NCBI GenBank assembly: GCA_040954595.2
Contig: CM082579.2
Coordinates: forward strand, 5,567,525-5,631,524
DNA: 64,000 bases
Direction: 5' to 3'
DNA from: Balanoglossus misakiensis
Taxonomy: Eukaryota; Animalia; Hemichordata
Every line of letters starts with the position of its first letter. Within the stretch, counting starts at the first letter, position 1. The notes beneath the pieces were generated by a model. That model saw only the letters and a list, made by a program, of their open reading frames with translations. It searched no databases and was not told the DNA's origin. Positions 1 to 12,509 of this stretch are shown piece by piece. Position numbers and translations under genes: made by a program.

Positions 1-533
1 AATTAGCGTGCTGTAACACCCGGTTTTCGAAAGGTTCGCATTTCTCAGTTGCCATGGTTGTTTCCATGGAGTCAGAAATGATTAGTGGTGAGGGATGTGT
101 TTTGTGCGTGTGGGGGAGATATCAGCAGCTGACTGATATTGTGAATGCCGGTTTAACAGGGAAAGGTCGGTACATTCATAGGGGGTATAGATCTTTAACA
201 TTAAAAATGGCATGTGTCTTATGCACTCACAGAGGCAGCTGCAGATAGCTTGTGATTGATTGAGCTTTTGCAGCCAGACTTGGTGATTGAATCCATCATC
301 TGTAAATACATTACTTTATGTATGCAAGCTGACAGTCCTCAGTTTTCAACTCTGTCCTGTTTCAATGTGCCTTTAAGAAGGTACATTTTACGCGATCATG
401 AGCCAGGACACCACTGCACAGTGTTGTCATTCACAAAATAAGTCAATTTAGGTCTCATCTTTGATACCTCATGACCAGTTTTTGACAATTAATAAATGAC
501 TCATTGTTTGCGTTATGCAAATTCTGTTGCCAG

Positions 534-1535
534 GGGGATGAAACACTTCATTATGTGTTGATAGCTGGCAAGCCTATTGGTGAACCTGTTGTCCAGTATG
601 GTAAGTATGCCTCAGAAAGTTAAAGACTGAAATTACTCGTAATAGAAAAAAAAAAGAATAGAACATCGCCTATGTGTGGATATATTGAGTGAAGTGACAT
701 ATTCATCACATACAAGCTTGTGACATAATCAGGATAATGTAGGTAATGGATTGACCCTCTTATTACCCAAAGTACCCGTAGCATGCATTCAGCAGTATTG
801 TTAATTTGCAAGTGGTGGTTGTAGGTTAAGTAATAGATGTAAATGCTTGTTCCAAGGATGTCGCCTTTATCAATTAACTGCGACATGTTTCATCGCCAGT
901 GGCATTGATGCATCACGGATAAGATAAACCTATCAATACACAATGTGTTCTGAAAGAATTGTTGACTTGTGCATGCACTTTCCAAAGTTCATTCATCCTT
1001 TCATTTAATCACTTTAAAAAAAAAACTTTTGATATACATATATGTGCATTTTGTTATGATTTTTCCCCGGGTATACATTTTCTACCAGTATTTCATTACA
1101 GTGTAAATGTTAAGCATCTGTTTCTAAAATATATATTGTATTGATCTCTCTCTGTCTGTCAAGTATCCACAATCATTTCATATCATTTCATGGCCTGGAT
1201 ATATGTCCTTGTTTCCGGACATTTGACATCATAAAACACATTTTATGCAACAAATGAACTGTTGTCGTGGCGGAGTAATTCAAGCATGAAATGTACATGT
1301 GAGATTTTTTCCCCTGCGTAGATCTGACATGCTGTTGTCAGTTGTCGATGTTCGTAGTCCGTAAACCGTTATCTGTTTTTGATGCATCTTTAACCCTTTC
1401 ACCACCGTACTCTGTACAGGTCCGTTCGTCATGACGACAAGAGGAGAAATAGAGCAGGCCATCGACGACTACCGCAGTGGGAAGAACGGGTTTGAGAATG
1501 CCAATACATGGAAATCAAAAACAGGAAATGCTTAG
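534..1535 (+). CDS. PIR: Pirin (bicupin Fe-binding protein), last two coding exons 534-600 and 1420-1535; 5' part lies upstream of the window
   Basis: Not in the ORF track. Spliced translation GDETLHYVLIAGKPIGEPVVQY/GPFVMTTRGEIEQAIDDYRSGKNGFENANTWKSKTGNA* matches the pirin C-terminus (HFVLIAGEPLREPVIQHGPFVMNT...KNGFERAKTWKSKIGN). Canonical cag| and |gtaagt sites, phases compatible, TAG at 1533-1535. Confidence 0.93.
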
Positions 1536-4309
1536 GATTTGCCAACAGAAAACGATTGGAAGTACAAACAATGTTCTTGCCACTGTGTTTTTTTGTGTGT
1601 ATGCTATGGGGAGATATTATTATTAAGTTTTGCCAGTAGCATATTTTTTTATGTCTGCACATATATATTATATTTAACGGTTTATAGTGACACGTATGTT
1701 TTGTAACATTGGTTAAACTCACTGATTTATATGATTGCTATCTTCCTTTCCAATAATGCACACACACAAAACTGTTGCAAGACAGTGTCCTTTATTAAAG
1801 CACAATCAATTACTGTAAATTCTTTTTAATGGCCCTGTTTGATACGTGTATAGATATAATCATGCAATCTTGCCTTAATAGTCCATCAATGTACCAGTAA
1901 GTTTAGTTTTTAAACGCATACAGACAGTAGGCTGACAGTGCATACAGGACTAGCAAGTAGTTTTTGTATATTTGAAGCAGGTGCTAAAATTCACCCATGA
2001 ATCATACACTCGCACACACACACACAAGATGGAGCACAACTTACAAAATCAGAAATAAATGTATATTTTGGCCTCAAGTAGATTTTATTGATAGTGCAAT
2101 AAATAAGAGTCTGTGTGTATAATCCGTATGATGTTTTCGAACAGTTTTGCTACCAGATAACCCTGCTGTACTTCTGCTGTGTTCTGTTGCCACTATTTTT
2201 GTCCACATTTTGTATGAAAAATCGCGCAAGTTATACAAATGAACTTGCGTTACATACTTGCCTCATTCCAAGACAGCAAGTTTCAACTTATCATAGTAAC
2301 ACAATTTCTAATAATTCAGCGTGAGTAGCATGGCCATGAGATGACGCGAGCATCCCAAAATGATTCTTGGAATTTGTCTGATTCTATGCGAAATTACAAT
2401 GGAAAAGTTTGGCGGAAAGAAGAAAATGAGGGGGGGGGGGGGGCGTGTAAAAGACCACGAGTTCTGACTGTCTGCTTACGTAAAAGTAATATAACTGTAC
2501 TTAATAGATTTTGTACAGTGTTTTTGTTTTTCTGTTGATGTTGTTTCCGTCGTTTCATTCTGGACTAGTTTCAGGCACAGACTTTCAATCTGTGATTCAA
2601 GTTCAGAGCTACGGACTATAATGATGCTCACACACAAAAAGAATATGAAACGTCTTATCCAAGAAAGTCTTGAAATGTCGAAACACCCAAAATGGTTTCG
2701 TTCAAGGGGTTTTCTCCTTCAAATTAAAATTCAGAGTGAATTGGCGGCTTGGGCGCCCGCAAAGGAGTACATTATCACCTGACCGCGAGAGGGCGTCGAT
2801 CGTTTGGCGAGGGGTCTCTTTTGTCCAGTATAAATTATGCATGCATGCAGTGCAAAAATGATCTCTGGACTTTTTGCACTCCATTCACAACAAGGTTTGG
2901 CCCATTTTCAAGAAAGATCACATCATTTGACAGCTTTCTTTACGCATGGCGTGTTTTTGAAATAAACAACTTCTGTGCCCCTAAAATCGTTTTGCCATGA
3001 CTCTCGGACTCAACTTTTGACGATTTTTTTTATATACTGCAGTTTGTTTAATAATCCCGGAGCATGAACCAAATCATATCAAAGGCTTCGAAATAAACTA
3101 GTAACTTTAGTAGACCGGGAATGATTCTACATGTACTAGAGAACATAGTGCACGCGTCCTTTTGAAACGTCATCGTCAAACTTGTGGTAACTGTATGGAG
3201 ATTGCATATTTTGTCCAGGGTAGGACCCCAGAATTATGGGGTAAACTGTGGATTTGACCAGAAACGGTGCTCCAGAATCCCTTGAATTGTAGTGTTTTTC
3301 TGGAAACACATGGTGATTATGTGCCGAATGGAAGTTACGATAAACTTAACGTTCATACGTTTCGATAGGGCAGAATTTTAGTTTGGTCACGAGGGTTTCA
3401 GTACAAAACGATGCATACTGCGATGACAATCGGAAGGGTGTTAAATACTGGCGTTTAAAAGCCAGAATGTCACACCCAGGACACTTAATCCAATTAACAG
3501 TTTCCTCTGGGAGACTGTCTATTGTTTGACAACTATTGTGTAACTATTGTATTCAATGTCTGAGACAAAAGGTTCAGCCCATAGTGACGCATAATATATG
3601 CAAGTCATTTCTGAGGTAAAATACGCTTTGAGGGTGCCGCTTCCCGCGCGAACCATACCACAGTCCTTCACTTTTTCAAAGTTTAATATTTAACAGTACA
3701 GTTTAGTGTAGTGATTTTACTGAATAAAAAGGAACGTTTTATTGTGATTCTATGTCGTTTCAACACTACAAAAACCCCTGTGTTAAATCGAGGTCCGTTT
3801 ATGAAAGGACTGTGGTATGATTTTTGAGCATTACAATTTCGTGTTGAAAGTTGACCCGAGTTAACGGTCGTAATTACATACTTGGTAAAAGAGACAGAAA
3901 GACATTTGATAACAATCGTCCCCACTGCGTGTAATACTATGTTGATAAGCGGAACGTAGAGTAAGTATGGTACGGGGAAACTCGGTGTAGTAAAATCACA
4001 GAACTTTAAAATTAACCAAAAGTCATATCTAAACATAGTAGTGGGTTTGTGTTTTGAGATGAGTTACCAGTTGCGATTTGCGACCTGTCCTCTCAGTTGA
4101 AGCGCCTCATGTCTTGCAGATGATCACGGGTAAATAATAGCGAAGCCCTGGGGACTTATATTATATTTCCCGCGTTTTTGTTGTTGTTGTTTTGGTGGCT
4201 TTTTGTGCTGTCGAGAAGTCAGCAATTGAAAAAATGCAGTCTGACGCTAGTCTTGTTTGTCTGGGCAGTTTTTTTTGCATCCCTCATTAATATTGAGCGA
4301 AAACCACTT

Positions 4310-4632
4310 TCTCTCCCTATTGGTTGCAAGTGACAATTATACAGGTGTCACGAGTTAGCGCGGACAATGGAATGAACGGAGGCGATGATAGGGATGACAT
4401 AATTTACATACCGTAAACAAAACACAAGACCAAGGGACTGCACAATAGTCTATTGTTTGGGGGTGACAGGTACTTAGCGAGCTTTTGTGATTTTTATTTT
4501 AGGAGTACCAAAACATGTTTTGAGTGACGTCAGGTATGGTTGGCTTCCAGTGCCTATTACGGGATTGGCTTTTGTTCTGACAGCAGGCGGAGCACTTTGC
4601 CATCAGATATCCTCGCCTTTACTATATAATTG
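4310..4632 (+). promoter_or_regulatory. Proximal promoter of the Fox gene
   Basis: TATATAA at 4623-4629, ~80 bp upstream of the ATG; reverse CCAAT boxes (ATTGG) at 4319 and 4564; CRE palindrome TGACGTCA at 4525-4532; forkhead consensus GTAAACA at 4413-4419. Confidence 0.55.
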
Positions 4633-4705
4633 TCTCGTTTCTTAGCCAAGACATATCACTTGCATCTTCGGACTGACTCGCTATCGTGAACTTCCTCTGT
4701 GCAGA

Positions 4706-5434
4706 ATGGATATGTATGGACACTACGCGGCGCCGACCACTATGTACTCAGGATACATGTACGCACAACATGTCTACCACCCGTACCAGCATTACGGATT
4801 CCCCAAACAGTTACCCGTCGTCAAACCTCTCTGCGCCGCCGTCAACGCAGCGAACAGCACCCGGCCGGCTTACAGCTACGTCGCTCTGATCATCATGGCA
4901 ATCCGAGCCCACCCAGGAGAGAAGGCCACGCTCAAGTCGATTTATAATTACATCGTGGCCAACTTTCCCTACTACCAGACCAAGGACCCGCGCTGGAAGA
5001 ACTCCATCCGCCACAACCTGTCGCTCAACGGCTGCTTCAGGAAGATCGAGCGCAGCGTCCACGACCAGTCTCACGGTCATTTCTGGGGGCTCAGCGACGA
5101 CTGGGAACAGATGTTCGCCGAGGGCAACTACCGACGCCGCCGCCGGGGTTACAAGAGGCCCGGCGGCAGTCGCACTCCGTCGCCGACGAACGTGGACGAC
5201 GATTTTGCCGTCGTTGTCCGGAAGGGAAACGAACTGCCGGCTACGCCACCGACCCCAAGCACTCCGTCGGGATCATCATCCGAAGAGGAAAATCTAACAA
5301 CGCCATCATCCTCCTCATCATCACTATCACCATCACCGAAAAGGAGACGGACGCCGGACGTTGTGAAGTCCGACTTCAGTGATTTCAGCATCGATAGGCT
5401 TCTGGGAACGCCATCGCCTTCACATGTCTGCTAA
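4706..5434 (+). CDS. Forkhead-box transcription factor, divergent FoxL-like, single coding exon, 242 aa
   Basis: Forkhead domain RPAYSYVALIIMAI...WKNSIRHNLSLNGCFRKIER...FW...MFAEGNYRRRRR; Ser/Pro-rich tail; C-terminal eh1 motif FSIDRLL; AATAAA at 5903-5908. Subclass not assignable by eye. Confidence 0.95.
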   Translation: MDMYGHYAAPTTMYSGYMYAQHVYHPYQHYGFPKQLPVVKPLCAAVNAANSTRPAYSYVALIIMAIRAHPGEKATLKSIYNYIVANFPYYQTKDPRWKNSIRHNLSLNGCFRKIERSVHDQSHGHFWGLSDDWEQMFAEGNYRRRRRGYKRPGGSRTPSPTNVDDDFAVVVRKGNELPATPPTPSTPSGSSSEEENLTTPSSSSSSLSPSPKRRRTPDVVKSDFSDFSIDRLLGTPSPSHVC

Positions 5435-6173
5435 GGTCAGCGCTTACAGGAGCGAACATTCAACTCGTCTTTCATATCCAAACCGAAGAAGAGGTGAAGA
5501 ATTCCAAGGAGAGGACATCACGTCATCTGCAATGGGGACTAAAACTGCAATCGGGGTCTTTTGGTTCGGATGCCGATACTGCCTTTCCATATGACCTTCC
5601 TTAGTACAGTGCAATGCAAGTGATTAAAGACGACTTTACACACGGACACCAAGGAATGGATATATCATCAGAATTGTTTTTAATGTGCAATAACCTTAAA
5701 TTGGTCGAAGTGCCCACCACGACAACGCTGTCACGACGAGATGGAGAACGCACCGAAATTGGCCAACATTTTGATAAGAGGCTTCCCATTTGCCAAACCA
5801 TGGACCAACTACCCCGTCACGTGCCATTTGAAACTATTTTTATTATAATATCCAACTGCTATGTAATAGTATTATCATTAATATATAATTTTATAAATAA
5901 TTAATAAATTGTGCATTGACTACCAAACCCGGTTTGGTGCTCAGTTGTGTGTTCTGTTGGGTTCAGTTGTAATCCAATGTTTCTGTTAATGTGCGCCCCT
6001 CAACTATAATAAGAGACCACGGGACTGCACATTTTTCGCTCCAACCATAAAGTCAGTTATCCCTATTCCCACTCCATCCCTCCCCCCATTCTTCCAACTA
6101 TCCATGCGTCATTTCATCTACCAGACGGACAGAGGGACAAGCGGGCGCGGTCGGACCGGCGGCAGATATTTTA

Positions 6174-7533
6174 CTAACACACCCACTTCATTTGGTCGGA
6201 GAATATGTTATATCGCAGACTGATGATAGCATTGGTAAAATGGGTGCAATAACTCGACTTAGGGGACTCTGTCTTTAAGTTACATTTCGTAATTGTTTCA
6301 TTTTTGACTCGACGGAATCTGGCCAGATCCTCGCCAAAGTCACCGTCGTACTCTTGTACTTTCTTCCAGAAAGAACGGTTGAAATGATCGTACAGCTCAA
6401 CATCAGCCAAGTTTGTCTTCCTAAACACCTCACGCACCTTGTCATCTATTGGTGGTCGTTCGTAAGCATGAAAGTTGGCTAATTTATACACAATATCGGA
6501 GAAATCCCAGCACAAAAGCTTCCTTAATAGGACCAAAGACTCATCGTAATATTCGTTGATCAAGACCAAGTCAATTTCAGACTCCAACCTTTCAAAAGTT
6601 AATTTTAATAAAGTATCGTTCTGACATTTTGGATCAATACCAAGGTACCTACTTTGGCTTGTTGTTATCGGTCCCAAGCTAACGTTACTCCTGAAGGCAT
6701 TTTTATTGGTTGAATAGAAATCGTGAATGGACTCTTCGAAGGCATTTTCCCTGGAAAGATAGTTGCCTTCTGGTCTCTTTCCCGAATAGAACCATGACCG
6801 CGCATGCTCGAAGGGATTTCTGATGATCGTGAAGAACTTTGCATTTGGAATCAGCGCCTTCATTGAACCTCGATTGTAAAATACGTGACTCGCCATGTAG
6901 TTGAATCCAGGAAAGTCGCTGCAGTTGTATCTCATCACGTTCAGCTGCATTTCCAGCGGCTTATCTGGAGATCTACTGACAACCGAGTTACCTTGCCTAG
7001 AAATGGCCGCCACGAGATTATGTTGTACTCCATACCTGTACAGAATATTCGACATCGTTGTGCTACCAGTCTTCGGTATCTTGACAAATATGAAGTCTGT
7101 TTGTGGTTGGCAGGAATGAGAACCTCGGTTTTGTGGTCTTGTGCTTTTTCGGTCTTCTGTATTGCTGGCTAGCTTTTGCGAGAACAATGGATATTCCCTG
7201 TCCAAAACAAGATGAAAGTAAATACTCATACAACATTTATATTTATAGTATACGACACTGCCCTTCGCATGTAAGGTAAAACCCCCGTCGCCGCCGCCAC
7301 CACCACCAACCCCACCACCACCCTAAACACCACCACCACTATTTATGCCACTATAATTGTATCAATCATATGACTTACCATTTAGCGTTATGAGAAGATC
7401 TCACATTGAAGGTACTATTCTCTAGAAGGACCAATGCAACGACTGCTATTGTCAACAGGCAAAATACCAACGTTTTCTTCGCTATAAAAGAAGATAAACT
7501 ATGAAGTACATATAACTTAAATGTGAAAGCCAT
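6174..7533 (-). CDS. Galactose-3-O-sulfotransferase (Gal3ST/cerebroside sulfotransferase family), copy 1; exons 7533-7379 and 7197-6174; 392 aa
   Basis: Exon 1 encodes a type II membrane anchor (KKTLVFCLLTIAVVALVLL) and ends TG|gtaagt; acceptor cag|G completes Trp in frame. 5'-PSB-like FVKIPKTGSTT, 3'-PB TIIRNP...S, and family motifs LVLINEYYDESLVLLRKLLCW and DVELYDHFNRSFWKKV. Confidence 0.9.
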
Positions 7534-8611
7534 GTAACTCAAATATATCACAATATATGTTGTCATGTACATGTATTGTAGTGGCAAGTGTATTGTTATT
7601 GTTTCCGTTTCCGGTGGCCCGTGTGGTGGTTAGGGAACGAGAAAAATTAAGGACTAGAATTTCTAAACTAATTCTTATCTACTAAATTTCACACGGAATA
7701 GCCAAAATAGATATTACATTACCTGTTGGGTAATCCATTGTCGACTTGACTAGAACACATTCGACAGTCTGTTTGGCTCAGTCATGCAACAGCCGGTGTA
7801 TCAGAATGAGGCACTGTATTTCGAGAGCATGCATCGTTTGCTTAAAAACACAGACTTACTGTGTCCAACGTCATCCTTGTTGTTTATTCTCATGTTCCGT
7901 GAGACACCGACTGCTATTTTGCATTTGTAAAATGTCACTGCAGGAGCTCTGCGGTAAATGTACGGCCAACAGACATGAACAGATATAAAATTATACAAAT
8001 TTTGTCGCAGAAGTTGTGCAGATTTTTGGTTTGCTGTCGTAATGTTCATTATATATGCTTAACTGTTCAAATTAGAACTAATTTCGTGATTTCAATGAAA
8101 TATTATCATAATGAAATCAATGTATGTGGCATATTTCGACAAATTTAGTGTAGGCCGAATATTTATTAAAATGTTTTCTGAGAAATTCCAACGCCGAAAA
8201 GGTCGAAGGCGAAATGACGTATAGGCTTAAATATCTCAGTGTTGCAACCCCTAGAAACGTTGGTCGTTTGAGAATGAGATGTATCACGAGGGATTGATAT
8301 TTTTATTGTACACTACTACAGTACATAATCCAACCGCTTTTGTCTCATGTGATCATCAACACCTTTATTTTCTTAAACCGATGAATATTCATGACAAACC
8401 ATGATTCATCTCTCACAAGCCCGATGGAACCATTACCAAATATGGCAAGTTCACCCTTCATGTATACGTTCACCTTAAGATATCAGTGGTGGCAAACAAT
8501 CCCACCAAATCCCATCCACCCATCCATCCATCCATCTATCCATCCCATACAACAATTCGTGCAGACAAACATAAACAGACAGTCGGGTGGACAGGCAGGC
8601 AGGCATATCAA

Positions 8612-9977
8612 CTAACACACCCACTTCATCTGAAGGGAGTTTACCTTGTGTCGCAGATGTATGACAGTATTAGTAAAATCGCTACAGTAGTTCGACTTAG
8701 GGGACTCCGTCTCACATTTCGTAATTGTTTCATTTTTGACTCGGCGGAATCTGGCCAGATCCTCGCCAAAGTCACCGTCGTACTCTCGTACTTTCTTCCA
8801 GAAAGAACGGTTGAAATGATCGTACAGCTCAACATCAGCCAAGTTTGTCTTCCTAATCACCTCTCGCACTTTGTCATCTATTGGTGGTCGTTTGTAAGCA
8901 TGAAAGTTGACTATATTATACACAAGATCGGAGAAATCCCAACACAAGAGCTTCCTTAATAGGAGCAAAGACTCATCGTAATATTCGTGGATCAAAACCA
9001 AGTCAATTTCAGATTCCAATTTTTCAAAAGTTAATTTTAATAAAGTATCGTTCTGATAGTTTGGATCAATACCAAGGTACCTACTTTGGCTTAGTGTTAT
9101 CGGTCCCAAGCTAACGTTACTCCTGAGGTCATTTTTATTCGTTGAATAGTAATCGTGAATGAACTCTTCGAAGCTTTTTTCGCTCGAAAGAGGATTGCGT
9201 CTCGGACTCAATCCCGAATAGAACCACGACCGCGCATGCTCGTAGGGATTTCTGATGATCGTGAAGAACTTTGCATTTGGAATCAGCGCCTTCATTGAAT
9301 CTCGATCGTAGTATACGTGGCTCGCCATGTAGTTGAATCCAGGAAAGTCGCTGCAGTTGTATCTCATCACGTTCAGCTTCATTTCAAGCGGCTTAGTCGG
9401 AGATCTACTGACAAACCAACCACCTCCTGGAGCAACGGCGGCCACGAGATTGCGCTGCATTCCATGCGTGTACAAGGCTACAGACATCGTACTACTACCA
9501 GTCTTCGGTATCTTGACAAATATGAAGTCTGTTTGTGGTTGGCAGGAATGAGAACCTCGGTTTTGTGGTCTCGTGCTTTTTCGGCCTCCTTCTGTATTGC
9601 TGACCAGCTTCTGCGAGAATAATGGAGATTCCCTGTCGAAAAAACAATGAAAGAAAATGTTCATACTAGATTTATATTTGTATCCTACCACACTGCCCTT
9701 TGTGTAAGGTAATGAATAAGGCAAAATCATTGTCATTGGTAAGTTTCCCTCTAACCCCTCCGTCGCCGCCGCCACCACCACCACCACCACCGCTATTTTT
9801 GCCACTTATATCGTATAATACGACATACCATTTGGCATCATGAGAAGATCTCACATTTAAGGTACTATTCTCCAGAAAGACCAACGCAATGACTGCTATT
9901 GTCAACAGGGAAAATGCCAACGTTTTCTTCACTATAAAAGAAGATGAAATATTAAGTAAACTTAAAGTGAAAGACAT
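8612..9977 (-). CDS. Galactose-3-O-sulfotransferase, copy 2 (tandem duplicate); exons 9977-9829 and 9632-8612; 389 aa
   Basis: Same structure and motifs as copy 1 (KIPKTGSST; LVLIHEYYDESLLLLRKLLCW), donor TG|gtatgt, acceptor cag|G. The ORF-track N-terminus (MAKIAVVVVVV...) is intron read-through. Confidence 0.9.
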
Positions 9978-10938
9978 GTAATTGAAATGCACAATGTATA
10001 TCATAATATATGTTGTTATGTCGTGGCAAGTGTATTTGTTAGTTTCCGTTTCCGGTGGCCTGTGTGGTGGTTAGGGAACGAGAAAAATTAAGAACGGAGT
10101 GCATCTCGCACAATATCGTATTGTTTGCAGATAATCCAGACATGTCTCTCTGCTAGTATTTTACTGAAGAGCCAAAATATACATGCCTTACCTTTAGGGT
10201 TATCCATAGTCGACTTGACTGAAGTACATGCGACATGCAGTCTGTTTGGCTCAGTCATGCAACAGCCGGTGTATCAGAGTGAGACAGCGTATTTTGAGAA
10301 CATGCATCGTTTGCTTAAAAACACAGACTTATTGTGTGCTACAGCACCATTTGACACGATGAACCATGTGTTGTTTGTCTTGCGCCTTGTGAGAACGTGT
10401 ATATTCTGTTATTCTCTATACTAAAAACGCTGGCATAACATTCATAACGCATCAGCTTGGGACCTGCTACAGACGGTGTACTCGAGTACGTTATAACGCT
10501 GCCGCGTATCTGACGATAACATCAAAAGTACACTCCAAAAATATTGTCGATATACCCCTTAACTGTATATATGAACCTTGTTTATTAAATTTTGTATGGT
10601 ATGTCTCGATTAAGGTGATACGCCGAAATCAGTCGCACTGGCTTTCAAAATGTTGGCATTGAGCTTTCGGCCTTTTCAAGGGCCACTGTTGGATCAGTTT
10701 CTGCGGAAAATCCACCATGGCCGACAAACCCCACGTCATCCTTCGGTGGGTAGCCATGGCAATTGAGGTTTTATGCAAATTCGTGTACTAGTAAAGTTAC
10801 AGAGATTTAGTTTGGTTCAACGTTGACAGAATCTCATATTTTCATCCATGATTCTTTAATAAAACATCAGTAACTAATTCAAGGGGAATAAAGACCATTG
10901 AATTTGACCCAGCGTGATTTATTCTGATAAAAAAATCA

Positions 10939-11011
10939 TACCCCCGGCGGGACTCGAACCCGCAATCTTCGGTTTAGGAGACCGACGCCTTATCCATTAG
11001 GCCACAGGGGC
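10939..11011 (-). tRNA. tRNA-Arg (anticodon CCT)
   Basis: Reverse complement GCCCCTGTGGCCTAATGGATAAGGCGTCGGTCTCCTAAACCGAAGATTGCGGGTTCGAGTCCCGCCGGGGGTA: 73 nt cloverleaf, A box TGGCCTAATGG, B box GGTTCGAGTCC, anticodon loop CTCCTAA, T7 Pol III terminator just downstream (10935-10929). Confidence 0.96.
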
Positions 11012-11239
11012 GATGAAGACATACATCACATCACCATTGAAAGTTTCGGAGGACACGCAACAAGTTCTGATAACCGGATAGTTCGGACAATCGACGTTCA
11101 GATAATCGACGTGTACCTTTTTATGACGACAAAATATTATGGAAGAAAAAAATAAAGGAGACAAAGAAGAAAGACCGAACAAAACTAGTAGGGGCAAGTA
11201 GAATAGCAGGTATGCATGGACCCCTAAAATCTTTCATAT

Positions 11240-12474
11240 TTAAATGTCACCCCACTTAGTTGGATCCCCGGGTCCAACGTGGCCAGTATCATCATCCTTT
11301 TGATCTCGCGAGATTCCCGCTTCTCTGCGATGCTTCTCCAACATAGGGCCCCAGTCCGGGTGTTGTCTTCCAGATATCCTCAGGCGCTGCAAGTAAACAG
11401 TTTAAAACGTTATTAATGGCTGATGGCATCCCAAAGAGTTTCGTCTTGTTTGGTAGGCCAACGACATTGCATATAAAATTGGAAATTTAAAAAAAATATC
11501 TATAACCGACAGTTATCGCCTTCTAAGAATCAATTTGTCTTTTCAGAATCGTCTTTGTGTGCTTTTTTCGCCACTGACACCAACCTGAAAGACGGAGCCG
11601 GACTCCACGCAAAGTAGATGATACGCCATGTAGATAAAGATGGCGCCGACGGAAGCGGCGACCATCAACCAGGCGACGACAGGATCGGCCCAGTACGGAT
11701 ACACGTAGGAACCTAGAGTGATTGGTTGGTAATCGAGGAAGGAGAAGACCAGCACGAACTGCGAATAAAAGTAAGTTGGCTTTGCTTTAGTCCAATTTAA
11801 ATGCATGGCACAAAAAGTGTTACCGGTAGGCACTAATGTTATGCTACAGGATGGTCAATGCACAGATGAACGGCGGCCATTTTGTGTGTAACCACGGTTA
11901 CTAGAAACCGTGGTGTAACGCAGGTGCTTGTCACGTCAATATTGCACCAATCCTCAGTCGCAAAACGTGCGTATGAATGCGTATGGGCAACTTAGATGTT
12001 GGTTTCAGACATATCGCATTGGAAATTTATATATAGTGTTTCTAGTTAAGATTTTCTTACGCCTATAGCGGGCCGAGTTACACGCTTCGCCATGAACATC
12101 GACCCGTAGGCCTACCCTTATCCTTACCTGTTATTTTTGTGTGTGTAGAGAGCCGAACCTAGACTGAATTTATATTTAAGTTTTTATCTTTTGACAATAA
12201 TACACTTTATTAAAACTCACCACAATCAAAAATGGCGATATAAACATGGGTATAATTCCAGTGCAGTAGACAAAAACCCAAAACACTCTTGACCGGTCGC
12301 CCACCATGACCCGGATGTTTTCAATCAGATTTCGATAACCTGCGAAGAATGATATACAGTACAGGTGGATAAGTTATACAATTCCAGTCTGGAAGTAATT
12401 ATACCAATCGATAAAGAAGAATAGACGAAAGGTATTGTTCTCGGTTTAAACTGTCCCACAACTATTACTCCATT

Positions 12475-12509
<35 letters not shown>

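Noticed and set aside
256-441. ORF ending HEPGHHCTVLSFTK, superficially like the pirin segment EPHHTAVL
   Set aside because: It hits a stop codon and has no phase-compatible donor to the exon at 534; likely chance.
4811-5391. Antisense ORFs over the Fox gene, and similar shadow ORFs over Gal3ST and SLC6 exons
   Set aside because: By-products of codon structure on the opposite strand with no recognisable protein features.
9633-9828. Poly-Val/poly-Gly N-terminal extension of the 397-aa sulfotransferase ORF
   Set aside because: Intron sequence containing a (CCA)n tract; splice sites match those of the paralog.
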